Shown in pieces: positions 22,080-33,527 of a stretch of DNA of 64,000 nucleotides. Both the position numbers and the translations under genes were made by a program. Position 1 is the stretch's first letter; the number at the start of each line of letters is the position of its first letter. The notes under the pieces are model-generated. The model was given only the letters and a program-made list of their open reading frames with translations, searched no databases and had not been told where the DNA came from. The DNA is from Octopus bimaculoides (Eukaryota), in contig NC_068992.1 in assembly GCF_001194135.2 (NCBI RefSeq), positions 57,900,179-57,964,178 on the forward strand, written 5' to 3'.

Positions 22080-23028
22080 CACAATATTCCATCCAAAAAT
22101 ATAAGTATTTTTAAAGAAACCCAAAAATATTAGCTGGGAGATAACAGTTCAGTTTATTTAAAGTAACTGCCCTCAGTTTTCATCAGGGCCTCAAGCTGGC
22201 TTGGAACTTGATGCATGTGTTTCTCACTGTGTCCCTGAGATCTTCGAACACCTCCTTGATCTTGGCCACCAGTTTCGCCTTGGTGTTGCAGGCAGAGTGG
22301 TTGGTGTCTTTCTCAACCACACCTCATGCATAATAACAACCCACAGGATTGCAATCAGGTTAAATTAAGAGGCCAGAAATTGGGGCTGAAGTCATAGAAA
22401 TTCACTGACCACCACTTCTGAGTCTTTCCAGGGTATAGCAAGGAGCCAAATCCTACTGCCTGACATATGGTCTTCCAGCAGCAACCCTCTCCAGCTGGGG
22501 TTTGACCACAGTGTCCAGCAGCAGCCCTCTCCAGCTGGGGTTTGACCACAGTGTCCAGCAGCAACCCTCTCCAGCTGGGGTTTGACCACAGTGTCCAGCA
22601 GCAACCCTCTCCAGCTGGGGTTTGACCACAGTGTCCAGCAGCTTCACATAGCCATCGGAACTAAGCTTAAAGCCTTGTTCAAAGGTGTGGGGCAGCATGA
22701 TGTCACCCTCTCTGGAGACACACCTAACGACCATCACAGTTTAGGGGAACTTGGTTTTCATGATGTCCATGTCATGTGTTCACAGGGCATTGAGCAGCAG
22801 TTATGATGTTGGCATTTTGGACACCCAGCATAAATCCTCATTATACAGGTAACTCTTTTCCGAAATTCAGATGGCTTCCAGTCCTCCTTGCCAATTACCT
22901 TTTTCTCAACTACATCTTTAATCTTTATGCTCTCCAACGCTGTTGCCTTTCATCAATACATCAAGCTCTTCCTGAAAAAAGAAAAAGTGACATAAAATAT
23001 TGTCAATTTTAGACCACATATCCTGTAT
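22080..23028 (-). mobile_element. Tc1/mariner-superfamily (maT/DD37D-like) transposon, internally deleted and frameshifted
   Basis: Reconstructed MKTKFP*TVMVVRCVSREGDIMLPHTFEQG...LLDTVVKPQLERVAAGRPYVRQ*DLAPCY...KTQKW...NFYDFSPNFWP..PDCNP...GVVEKDTN...KLVAKIKEVFE. QQDxAPxH-like and WPxxSPDxNP motifs. TA-CAGG start on the minus strand near 23026. Subfamily assignment is inference because the D-D spacing is eroded. Confidence 0.85.
22475..22642. repeat. 40-bp tandem repeat, 4 copies plus 8-bp partial, inside the mariner transposase
   Basis: Unit ccagcagcaaccctctccagctggggtttgaccacagtgt at 22475, 22515, 22555 and 22595. Only one substitution (22524). No spacers. Confidence 0.97.
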
Positions 23029-23054
23029 ATATCTATAGATAAATATACAAAATC

Positions 23055-23385
23055 ATTTACTCTTTTACTCTTTTACCTGTTTCAGTCATTTGACTGTGGC
23101 CATGCNNNNNNNNNNTTCAGTCATTTGACTATGGCCATACTGGAGCATCGCCTTTTAGTCGAACAAATCGATCCCAGGACTTTTGTCTTTGTAAGCCTAG
23201 TACTTATTCTATCAGTTATCAAGCGAATTGTGTGTGTTTGGGGGGGGGGTATAAACACAGACAGACACACACACACACATATACGACGNNNNNNNNNNAG
23301 ACACTTGCCCAAGGTGCCATGCAGTGGGACTGAACCCGGAACCATGTGGTTTGTAAGCAAGCTACTTACCACACAGCCACTCCAA
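23055..23385 (-). mobile_element. SINE family A spanning two small gaps
   Basis: Same head and tail as other copies; interrupted by Ns at 23106-23115 and 23289-23298. Confidence 0.8.
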
Positions 23386-24638
23386 CGCTATTAAACTATT
23401 AACTTTTTCGTTTTGCATGCTGGCATGAATTGGAAGGGTCTGCATTATAATGGCAGACCCAGTATTCTAACAACAGTTTTGATCCAGCTTCATCTCATCT
23501 GCAAGATCATTGTTTTCATTATGGCCCAATCACTTCTTATTTCAAGTTCTTATTTAACCATTGTCTACAGTAATTACTGTTTCTCACTAACAACCAGCAT
23601 TGTTTAACATATTCTTTGCAATCCATTCATTTATTATTTGTTCATGTCCATACCAGAGCTTTTACTGTTTCTATTTTTCTATCCTCATCCAATGCCATTG
23701 ATAACTATTCATTTCCCTAAACATGGCTCATGCAGATATATTCAGCTCACTTTTCCCTTACATACACCTTATAATTCAGCCTTTCGTACAAAGAAAGGGA
23801 AGCCTTAGAAACCCTACCTCTTTGATAGTCTTTACACACGAGATTATTTTAGAGTCTACCAACAAATTTTTTCAACATTTAATTATTGTTTTTAGTTATA
23901 CTGTAGATATTCTACCTCTTTGTACCTTTCTTTCTCTTTGTTTATGCTTATCAAAATCATCATCCCCGTCATTATTATTATGATTTCGATATCCATTTTA
24001 CCAAAATGGTGACAGCATATTTCAAAGACGGTTATACAGATCAACAAGTTATGCATGTCCCAAAGTTAGTGGATTTCGTAATTACATGTTAGATGTAGTT
24101 AAATGTGGATTTTAGAGACAAATAGTGATTACTTGATATTTTCTGTGTAAGTGTGTGTATATGCATGCAAACCCTAAAGAACTCAATAGGATTTTTTCCT
24201 CTTCTCTTTCTCTCTCTTTTCTCCCCCACCTTTTCCTACAAGGTAACACACATCAGATCTCTCTTTAATAGGATTTGTATGACATTACTTCAAGTTCATG
24301 TGAATAACTTGAGTTAATCACAGATTAACCATGAAACTTCCTTAGGCCTGTACTAAATTTAAACAATAAACCCTACTTCTACATATATTTTATATTTTTA
24401 TTCGTTACTTATTTTTATACTTGCTCAATATTAATTTTTTTCCTGGAAATTAAATGCTTGCATTTCTTATTTTGATTTTGAAAAAGGTCACATATGCTTT
24501 TCTTATTCGATTTAATCCCTCTCTCTTTGCTTCTTAACAAGTCTGTTGTATTTATTTCAAGCAAATTCTTATTGTATCTTTGCAGACAAGTTTTGTTTAG
24601 AACATGTAGCAAAGTGAAATTCATTTTTTTTTTTGCAG

Positions 24639-24723
24639 TGTATTGATGCATTGAACAATGTCCATTCCAAAATAAATGTTTCTGTGGCTGGGCGTAAGAA
24701 CATCACCGAAACCTTTAATAAAT
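24639..24723 (+). CDS. DCTN3: DCTN3 coding exon 2
   Basis: tttttttttttgcag| acceptor and T|gtaagt donor, phase 0-1. CIDALNNVHSKINVSVAGRKNITETFNK resembles [28 protein letters not shown]. Confidence 0.9.
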
Positions 24724-24901
24724 GTAAGTGAAACATTTGGTAAAAATAGAAATCTATTTGTTTAAATGTATTGTTTAAAATTTCAAATACATCATTATCG
24801 TCATTCATCTGTTTTCCATGCTGGCATGGGTTGGACAGTTCAACAAGAACTGGTGAGCCAGGGGGACTGTGCCAAGCTCTGTATGTCTGCTTTGGCATGG
24901 T

Positions 24902-25053
24902 TTCTTAACACCAACCACTTTACAGAGTGTACTGGGTGCTTTTTGTGTGTCCTTCTTAACACCAACCACTTTATAGAGTGTTCTGGGTGCTTTTTGTGTG
25001 TCCTTCTTAATACCAACCACTTTACAGTGTGTACTGGGTGCTTTTTGTGTGTC
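24902..25053. repeat. 51-bp tandem repeat x3 within a family B copy (DCTN3 intron 2)
   Basis: Unit ttcttaacaccaaccactttacagagtgtactgggtgctttttgtgtgtcc at 24902, 24953 and 25004. Confidence 0.92.
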
Positions 25054-25584
25054 ACTAGTAGTAGTGGAGGATACCAAACAACTCACAAGACAAGAACCCC
25101 TCAACTGAGGCAGGTGTAGCATTGAAGGCCCTGCCTTATGCCAGGTGATGAGAGATCAAAGTATGATAGAGGGACAGGGTGAATCGTGTTTAAAATTTAA
25201 AATTTTGAATGTTTACTGTTTAAAATATAAAATTTTACTCAGGCTTTTTAAAAAATTAAATAGTTTAAATGTTGTTTAAAGTTTTAACTCTTTTCATGCT
25301 GATCATGGAAAAGTGGATGCTAAAACAATTATGATGATAATGATAAGCATGATTCTGGTGAACTATTGACGTCTGTAGAAGAATTTCTGTTAATTTGTTG
25401 ACTGAAGTTGCATTCTGTCTAAGATTAGAAATATTTCTCAATTGGTTAACTTCATGTGAACTCAGTGAACCCCTTCCTTCAAAATGGTTGTCAGACTCTA
25501 AACATTCTCTCTCTCTCTCTCTTTTCTAAATTTCTGTCAAATAGAACCAACTGAATGTTTTCTTTTTAATGTCTATTTTTTTAG

Positions 25585-25671
25585 TACCAGACCTTCAAAA
25601 ATATTTGGATCCAGAATTCGCTGATGAACTTACCATAACTCCATCAGCCAAAACAGAAATGATCCTGGCTG
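25585..25671 (+). CDS. DCTN3: DCTN3 coding exon 3
   Basis: tttttttag| acceptor and G|gtaagt donor, phase 1-1. LPDLQKYLDPEFADELTITPSAKTEMILA resembles [29 protein letters not shown] (conserved KYLDPE). Confidence 0.93.
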
Positions 25672-26441
25672 GTAAGTGTGTCACATATTAACTTTACACC
25701 TGATATCAAGCCTTATCCAAAGAATAAAGGGCTGTGTTGTTCATGATGCTTTCTGTAAGGGGCTCTGAGAGTGGTGGGGGAGAAAAAAAATTGGTAGACG
25801 GATCCAAATACAAAATTCCTGAGTTATGTTGTCTAACATTACCAATTTTCCAGCTCACTGTGTTTAGCTTAGTAGTAGTAGTAGTAGTAGTAGTAGTTTC
25901 AAATTTTGGCACAAGGCCAGGAATTTCAGGGAAAGGAGTAATTCGCCCCCAGTACCCATCTGGTACTTAGCTTTTCATCCTTTCAGGCCTAATAAAATAA
26001 GTCGACTTTGATAGCATTTCAACTCAATGTGAAACTGAATGAAATGCCTTTAAGCATTTTGCCCAACGCGTCAACAATTCTGCCAGCTTACCATTTTTAT
26101 TTTAATAACGGTTTCAAATTTTAGCAATGAGTCAGCAGCCTTTTTAAAAAAAATTTTTTTTTCTATTTTGAGAAGTGGAATTCGATTACATTGAATTTGT
26201 ATTTTAAAGGCCCCCTAGGTACATGAATGGTACTTATTTTATGGACATCGAAAGGATGAAAAGCTAAATCAACCTCAGTGAAATTTGAACTCAGAAAATA
26301 AAAAAACAGACGACGCACTTCTAAGCGTTTTGTCTAGTTGTTCTGCCAGCTCAGCGCTGTTAGTGTAATAACAGCGAAGAAGTAGCAAGACTTTGAGTTG
26401 CCTCCCTTATGTTTGTTATTTCTCTGGTTGATTATCTAGAG

Positions 26442-26889
26442 CAGTGCTTCTCGAATTATCTGATGTGGCGTACCGTCAGGGACCGGTAATATTTCTTAGT
26501 AATATTAATTTATACCGGAATCATTATATATAATGAAGGTAATCTTCCAGTTTCGGGAGGTAAAAAAAGTAAATAAGAATACAAGGGAAATAACTTAACG
26601 TCTTACTAGTATTATCCGTACTCTCCTCACCCCACCCGTTCGCTTTATTTTTGAGCTCGGGTCAAACGCTTTAGTTTGACCGTTATTTCCCTATACTGGA
26701 AGATTACCATAAGTTGTTGTGCAGCCGGTACTATGATATTCAATCACGTGTGTGATTTATATATAAACAGTTAACTTCAATCACGTGTGTGATTTTATTT
26801 ATAAACAGCTAAAAAAAAAATACATTTCAGAGTAGTACGGATAATACTAGTAAGACGTTAAGTTATTTCCCTTGTATTTTATTTACTTT
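26442..26889. mobile_element. hAT-like start followed by a multi-hairpin foldback structure, truncated by a gap
   Basis: cagtgcttctcgaa terminus. Inverted repeat 26566-26622 / 26834-26889 (one indel). 14-bp inverted repeat 26538-26551 / 26695-26708. Confidence 0.6.
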
Positions 26890-29189
26890 NNNNNNNNNNN
26901 NNNNNNNNNNNNNNNNNNNNNNNNNNNNNNNNNNNNNNNNNNNNNNNNTACAAAAATTTTCGGTGAAAGTGTTTTGGGATGGGGGTGGGGGACAATTTTC
27001 GGAAATTCCACCAGAGTCCACTTAAATTCCTCTTAACTTCCAGGAAAATGAATATTTTTTCGTTAAATTTTCTACAAATATACCTTGATGTATGTAAATT
27101 TCGAGCATGTAGGAATTTTGAAGGAAACAATTGCAGGTTATTTTTGAGAAGTGTTCCCCACTCTGTGGTTTTTGGGAGCAAGTCCATATTTGTTTCATTT
27201 TTCTCTATTATGTGCGTATGTGCATCCGGACCTTCCAAAGTCGGGGGGTACAACTTTGTAGTTATGCCACAATTTCTTTTATCTTATATCTATTTTGTAA
27301 ACAAATAATACATCTTCTGTTGTGTCTGAGGAGAGTCATTTTCTTATTGTGCCTTAAAATTTAACACACTCACCGGTAAAATTTCCACTTCTTTTTCTTT
27401 TTATTCTCCTAAAATTTTCTTTGAATCTTGCAACCTTATCAATAGACTTGATTCTGACCATTATTTACGCTGCGTTCTTTTTTGCTTTTGTTTGTTTTTG
27501 CGCATGTGTGTTTCTCAGTGTGTGTGTATGTATGCATGCATGTATGTGTGCATGTGTGTGTATGTATGTCTGTGTGTGTGTGCATTAAAACAATGATGAT
27601 GATGATGATAGAATATGATTTGAGAGAGATTTGTTGTAGGTGACAATGTTCATTGGACTAGAATACTATGTCTTTGCATTTTGCAAAATGAAGGGCGTCT
27701 AATTTGGAGAAGATCTGGCTGTTATTTCTAGCAAACCATCCAACCGCTCTGGAACTCACTTTACCTTTTATTCACATTTCCTGCTGTCAGCCCTGAGTTT
27801 TCTTTGTCAGCTGAGGATGTTTTATGATTCCACTCACTGATGGAATTTTCATTTCAATCTCTTAAAGCCTGTTACTTATTCTAGTTGTCTCTTATGCCGA
27901 AACGCAAAGTAATGGGGATGTAAACAAACCAACACTGTCAAGTAGTGGGGATGGGGACAAACACAGACACACACATATATATATATGCAATGGCCTTCTT
28001 TCAGTTTCTATCTACCAAATCTACTCACAGAGCTTTGGTTGACCTAGGGTTATAATAAAGATACTAGCCTGAGGTGCCACACAGTGGAGCTGAAACCCAG
28101 AACCATGTGGCTGGGAAGCAAACTTCTTGCCACACTTGCGCACTACTAAAAAAATACAACATAATTTTTCATTAGGTGTACCATTCAGAAAGTCCTGTGG
28201 GCTGAAGTTTGGCTTTGTCTTCTCTTAGAGAACTGCCTTAGGGTTAATAGATGGAGTAAAAACCTTCTTCTTCTCTATACATATGTGTGTTGGGGTAGAT
28301 GTGTGGAGCAAGCATAGACATGTGCTTGTGATGTAAAACTTTGGAACAAACCCAGTAGCTTCTCCGGCCCTCGATTCTTCAGCGGTTGGTAAGGTTGGTA
28401 AGGGTGTTTTAAAGTTGATATTGTTTTAAGACTGCCCCTCCCCCAGCTACCATTTTGGCTTTTGATCCTTCCAAGTTCGATAAAACAAGGGTGTACTGGG
28501 GTTGATGTTACATTTTAGNNNNNNNNNNNNNNNNNNNNNNNNNNNNNNNNNNNNNNNNNNNNNNNNNNNNNNNNNNNNNNNNNNNNNNNNNNNNNNNNNN
28601 NNNNNNNNNNNNNNNNNNNNNNNNNNNNNNNNNNNNNNNNNNNNNNNNNNNNNNNNNNNNNNNNATTCTTCCAAGTTTGATAACATAAAGGTGTACTGGG
28701 GGGGGGGGTTGATGTTGACTTTATCAACTGTTCTCTATTATCCAGTGCCCCAGCTTGGCCACAGTCCAGTGAGTAAAAACCATTGAAAGAGTTAACTAAA
28801 TGAATGAAGCTTTAAAGTTTTAGAGATGAAGACTTTTACTGTTTCACTTACATATACTTCCAATCAGTGAAATTCTTCATCTCCAAAACTCTAAGGCTTC
28901 ACTCAGACCCAAAGGAAATGGCAACTCGAAGCCACTCACCTATGACCTTTCTCCAAAAACTTATATGACATCATAGCAATTACATTTAGTAGTGAATATG
29001 TTTCAAGATAATGGTGATGATGATGGTGGTGGTGATGATGATGATGTAGATGCATATATCTCGGTCAATTATTGATTGCAATGCTTTGAGCGAAAATAGC
29101 TTTGGCTTAATTCTGATTTCTTTTTAAAATATTTTCTCAGCTTCAGTGTTTCAATATTATGAGCACACATCTTCATATGGACACTTTCC

Positions 29190-29198
29190 ACCTAACTG

Positions 29199-29229
<31 letters not shown>

Positions 29230-29640
29230 TAATATATGTAAATGTATGTATGTATGTATGAACAAATGCTGTTCATATATGTATGTCTATGTTTGTAACA
29301 TTTGTGTGTCTATGTATATATGTTTGTATACATATGTGTATGTGTGTGTATGCATACATGTTTGTATGCATGTGTATGTGTGATTGTATATAGGTGTTTG
29401 TGTGTATATTTGTATCGTGCATGCATGTGTGTTTGTATCTATGTATGAACAAGTGCTGTATGTGTATGTGTATCTCTTCGTGTGAGTGTGTATATGTGTG
29501 TATGCATGCTTATAGGTGTATGTTTGTATGTCCACTTGGCTATGTATACTGCATCTATGTGTCTGTATATATATATATATGTATGTATCTAAACGTGTGT
29601 TTGTGTATATATTCTATGTACACCCACATATATACTCATG
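29190..29640. repeat. Degenerate (TG/TA)n low-complexity tract
   Basis: Mixed TG/TA dinucleotide repeats. Similar tracts at about 19060-19270, 39230-39440 and 49440-49550, and flanking most gaps. Confidence 0.9.
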
Positions 29641-30185
29641 CTCATATGCACCCCTCTCGCTCACTAACTCGCTCTTCACTTTGGACGACAGAGCTTATTC
29701 TAAGCCACACAAGTAAGTCTACATCCTACAACTCAGAAACTTATTATAATATGAAACTGCCTTGGCAACAAAGATTGTTTAGATTAGTCTTAAGATGGTG
29801 CCAAATTTAGCCACAGATAAATAGTTAGACAAATTATTGACTGAACAAGATGTTTTTGTCGTAGTTTTAACCTCACCTTTGTAACATTCTTACAAAATAT
29901 GTTGATATTGGCATGCAGTTACAACTTTGCCTGTTCATTTAGCTTTTCCTTTTGTGAGCTTACAGAGATTTTAGTTTTCTTATGTAATATAAATTTCCTC
30001 TAATCCTTGAAGGACAATCAAGAGCTGGTGTTTAGCTCTGTTGTTTTTTTTTTTGGGGGGGGGGTAAAAGTTGTAAAAAGGAATGATGAAATTTATTGCA
30101 GCATTCTCAGATTTCTGGTACTTATTGCTGACAGAGAGACTTGGACTGAGGCAGAATGTAGGATTTAGTAACCTATCAAAAATGT

Positions 30186-30398
30186 GTAACCCTTTAGCAT
30201 TCAGATTATTGCTGCCATAGATATTGCTTATTCATTCACATTGTTTTGAGTTAATCAGGCATTACCTTTTAGCTTTGAAATGTCAATGATGGGATTGTTT
30301 ATTTTTAGAATGACATTGCAGGGTAGGCGTGAGAAGCCTGACCTTGTAAGTTTGAACACAAAACGGGTAGAATATTTGGGCCAATGCTAAAGGGTTAA
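30186..30398. mobile_element. TTAA-flanked MITE, same family
   Basis: gtaa-ccctttagcatt ... aatgctaaaggg-ttaa. Other copies at 3036-3248 (truncated), 51496-51723 and 54827-55037. Confidence 0.85.
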
Positions 30399-30439
30399 AC
30401 AACTACAGCTTATTTAGACTCATGATCTGTGAATAAGTA

Positions 30440-30742
30440 GGTGCAGGAGTGGCTGTGTGGTAAGTAGCTCGCTTACCAACCACATGGTTCTGGGTTCAGT
30501 CCCACTGCATGTCACCTTGGGCAAGTGTCTTCTACTATAGCCTCGGGCTGACCAAAGCCTTGTGAATGGATTTAGTAGACGGAAACTGAAAGAAGCCCGT
30601 CGTATATATATGTATGTGTGTGTATATGTTTGTGTGTCTGTGTGTCCCCCCAACATTACTTGACAACCAATGGTGGTGTGTTTGCATCCTCGTAACTTAG
30701 CAGTTCGGCAAAAGAGACTGATCTAATAAGTACTAGGCTTAT
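30440..30742 (+). mobile_element. SINE family A, 3'-truncated
   Basis: ggtgcaggagtggctgtgtggtaag...gggttcagtccc...taagtactaggctta. Confidence 0.88.
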
Positions 30743-30923
30743 AGTCATTCCTTACCCAAGTGACCTTATTTTATTGCCCATCATTTGTTATGCGCTCATA
30801 AATCAGTTTGATAGTTGAGCTCTGATTGGCTGTATGCAAATGAGTTCATAACTGGGATCTGGAACTCTTGTGGGAAATAAAATTTCACCCCCAAGTTATA
30901 TAAACCCCAGTTGAAAGCCACTG
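30742..30923. mobile_element. Possible hAT-type MITE
   Basis: Right end ccccagttgaaagccactg resembles hAT cagtggtt(c/t)tcaa termini; left end degenerate. Confidence 0.35.
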
Positions 30924-31591
30924 CTTTAGGGGGTCAAAAAAATAATATACCAGTCAAGTAGTAGGGCCAATGTAATCAATTTGTCCCCTCCTCTCAAAAT
31001 CACTGGCCTTGTGCCAAAATTAGAAGGGATTATTCTTCTTATTATCATTATCTGCGTGACAAACAATGCAAGTGAATGGAGAAAATGTATGGGCATGAAA
31101 ATTATCAGCAGATGTATGCGGTAGAGAGTTGTGTTGATGTATGTTTGTGACATGAATAACAGACTTGAGTGGAGTGAAAAGCATCTATGAATTGTCTAGT
31201 GGAAAGCATCAATACATATGTACTAGCAAGCTCGCTTGCTATGCTGTGCTGGAAGATCAATTACCGAATTGATTTGCTTCTGGTTGATCTGTAAACTGGC
31301 AAACGAGGAGACACTCAGAAAAATCTGCAGCACACAGATCTACGCATGTGGTTTGTCAAATGTGATTCTCAGAGTATCAACAGAATGACATGTCACCTTT
31401 GAGTAAGTAAATTAACATCCTAGTGCTGCAGCATGCGTCGTGTGGTTAGTGTGTTTCGTACATTTGACACAGTCCGATGCATCGAGATAAATAAATAATG
31501 ACACATGGTGGATGATATAATAGAAGTAATGTAACGCAGAACAGACAATAAAAGAAATTATACATTATATATTTGCTTTAATCACTCGTTG

Positions 31592-31662
31592 AGCAGAGTG
31601 GTCAGTGAAAGCCTGCTGGGCCCATAACTCGGAGGTCTGTAGATAGAAACTAAGCTCTGCAA
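31592..31662 (+). pseudogene. Initiator tRNA-Met (CAT) pseudogene
   Basis: AGCAGAGTGG-TCAGTGAAAGCCTGCTGGGCCCATAACTCGGAGGTCTGTAGATAGAAACTAAGCTCTGCAA aligns over the full length to eukaryotic tRNAiMet (AGCAGAGTGGCGCAGCGGAAGCGTGCTGGGCCCATAACCCAGAGGTCGATGGATCGAAACCATCCTCTGCTA). D-arm deletion and T-stem/T-loop changes. TTTT about 16 nt downstream. Confidence 0.85.
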
Positions 31663-31724
31663 ACAAATGGATACAACTTTTGATATTTATACATTGTAAC
31701 TGAGTTTTCTACAAATATACCAAC

Positions 31725-31865
31725 TATGAAGGGATGCTGAAAAGTTCCTGGCTTTAAGGGTATCATGGAAGGCTTGGCTGGAGGCCGACCTGATGAGTTC
31801 TTTTAGAGGGCTTCGTAAAACTGAAGGACCGCTGCAATAAGTGGGTGAATCTGAGAAGGGAATAT
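31725..31865 (+). mobile_element. Non-autonomous mariner fragment
   Basis: Starts ta-tgaagggatgctgaaaagttcc (mariner-type terminus) and ends with KLKDRCNKWVNLRREY, resembling the mariner C-terminal KLxxRWxKCVxLxGEY motif. Confidence 0.6.
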
Positions 31866-32173
31866 CATTATCATCGTTTAATGTCCACTCTCCATGCTGA
31901 CATGGGTTGGACGGTTTGAGATGGAGCTGGCTAGCAAGAGTTGTCCAGACTCCAGTTGTCTGTTGACGTATGGTTTCTACAGCTGGGTGCCCTTCCTAAT
32001 GCCAACAGAGTGTACTGGGTGCTTTTCACATGCCGCAACTGATCCTCCTGTATTTTATTTTACCCAGAGCCAGGAACTTTTCAGCACCTCCTCATATATA
32101 TATATATATATATATATATGTACTAGCAAGCTCGCTCTATATATATATATATATATATATTAAACGATATATA

Positions 32174-32926
32174 NNNNNNNNNNNNNNNNNNNNNNNNNNN
32201 NNNNNNNNNNNNNNNNNNNNNNNNNNNNNNNNNNNNNNNNNNNNNNNNNNNNNNNNNNNNNNNNNNNNNNNNNNNNNNNNNNNNNNNNNNNNNNNNNNNN
32301 NNNNNNNNNNNNNNNNNNNNNNNNNNNNNNNNNNNNNNNNNNNNNNNNNNNNNNNNNNNNNNNNNNNNNNNNNNNNNNNNNNNNNNNNNNNNNNNNNNNN
32401 NNNNNNNNNNNNNNNNNNNNNNNNNNNNNNNNNNNNNNNNNNNNNNNNNNNNNNNNNNNNNNNNNNNNNNNNNNNNNNNNNNNNNNNNNNNNNNNNNNNN
32501 NNNNNNNNNNNNNNNNNNNNNNNNNNNNNNNNNNNNNNNNNNNNNNNNNNNNNNNNNNNNNNNNNNNNNNNNNNNNNNNNNNNNNNNNNNNNNNNNNNNN
32601 NNNNNNNNNNNNNNNNNNNNNNNNNNNNNNNNNNNNNNNNNNNNNNNNNNNNNNNNNNNNNNNNNNNNNNNNNNNNNNNNNNNNNNNNNNNNNNNNNNNN
32701 NNNNNNNNNNNNNNNNNNNNNNNNNNNNNNNNNNNNNNNNNNNNNNNNNNNNNNNNNNNNNNNNNNNNNNNNNNNNNNNNNNNNNNNNNNNNNNNNNNNN
32801 NNNNNNNNNNNNNNNNNNNNNNNNNNNNNNNNNNNNNNNNNNNNNNNNNNNNNNNNNNNNNNNNNNNNNNNNNNNNNNNNNNNNNNNNNNNNNNNNNNNN
32901 NNNNNNNNNNNNNNNNNNNNNNNNNN
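32174..32926. other. Assembly gap (largest of 8)
   Basis: N runs at 23106-23115, 23289-23298, 26890-26948, 28519-28664, 32174-32926, 44384-44393, 49953-50226 and 59175-59825; the large ones are mostly flanked by (TA)n. Confidence 0.99.
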
Positions 32927-32962
<36 letters not shown>

Positions 32963-33527
32963 GATATACGTACAGAGGTAGGCATAAATTATATTATGCA
33001 ATAGAAACTTATGCAGGATCAACAGGTCACCAACTGAAAGGAGTACACCATAATTTATGAAGCGTGGTGGGCAGAGACAATAGTAATGGAACTTTTTGCT
33101 TATTAGGTAGGATAGGCAAAGAAGTATTTGAAGAAGGCCTGCGAAACACATTGTGTCTTAGTATCTTACTGGTGCGTGATCAGTATATGCAAAAGGTTGC
33201 TTGATTGCAAACCTGTTCAACTTATTGTTGTTGTTGTCATCATCGTTGTCATCATCATCCTCCTCATTTAATGTCCATTTTTCCATGCTTGCTTGGAACA
33301 GATGAAATTTACTGAGGCAGATTTTCCACTGCCAGATGCCTTTCCTGTTGCCAACCATTGCCTATCACTACAAAAAGATTAATATTTCCCTATTTCTATA
33401 CATTGGAAACAAACAGCTTCACTTATATGACAATGATGCTTATTTGCTTATATGACAATGATGCTTATATGCAACCACTGCATCAGGGAACGCATAGACA
33501 CACACGTGTATATATATATATATATAT

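Noticed and set aside
22475-22642. CRISPR-like array
   Set aside because: The 40-bp repeats are directly abutting with no unique spacers, lie inside a mariner ORF, and the context is eukaryotic with no cas genes.
23085-23145. Direct repeats flanking small gaps (also 28455-28518 versus 28665-28730)
   Set aside because: Same sequence on both sides of an N-run, most likely haplotype or overlap assembly artefacts.
27318-27395. CTGAGGA-gagt...actc hairpin in an unclassified repeat
   Set aside because: No GAAA follows the stem, so it is not a hammerhead.
30822-30845. CCAAT plus octamer (ATGCAAAT) motif pair
   Set aside because: Lies within a probable hAT MITE deep in an intron; no independent evidence of promoter function.
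32030-33151. Long ORFs of 266-344 aa (also 58912-59946, 49729-50290)
   Set aside because: Consist mainly of X residues from N-gaps plus (TA)n.
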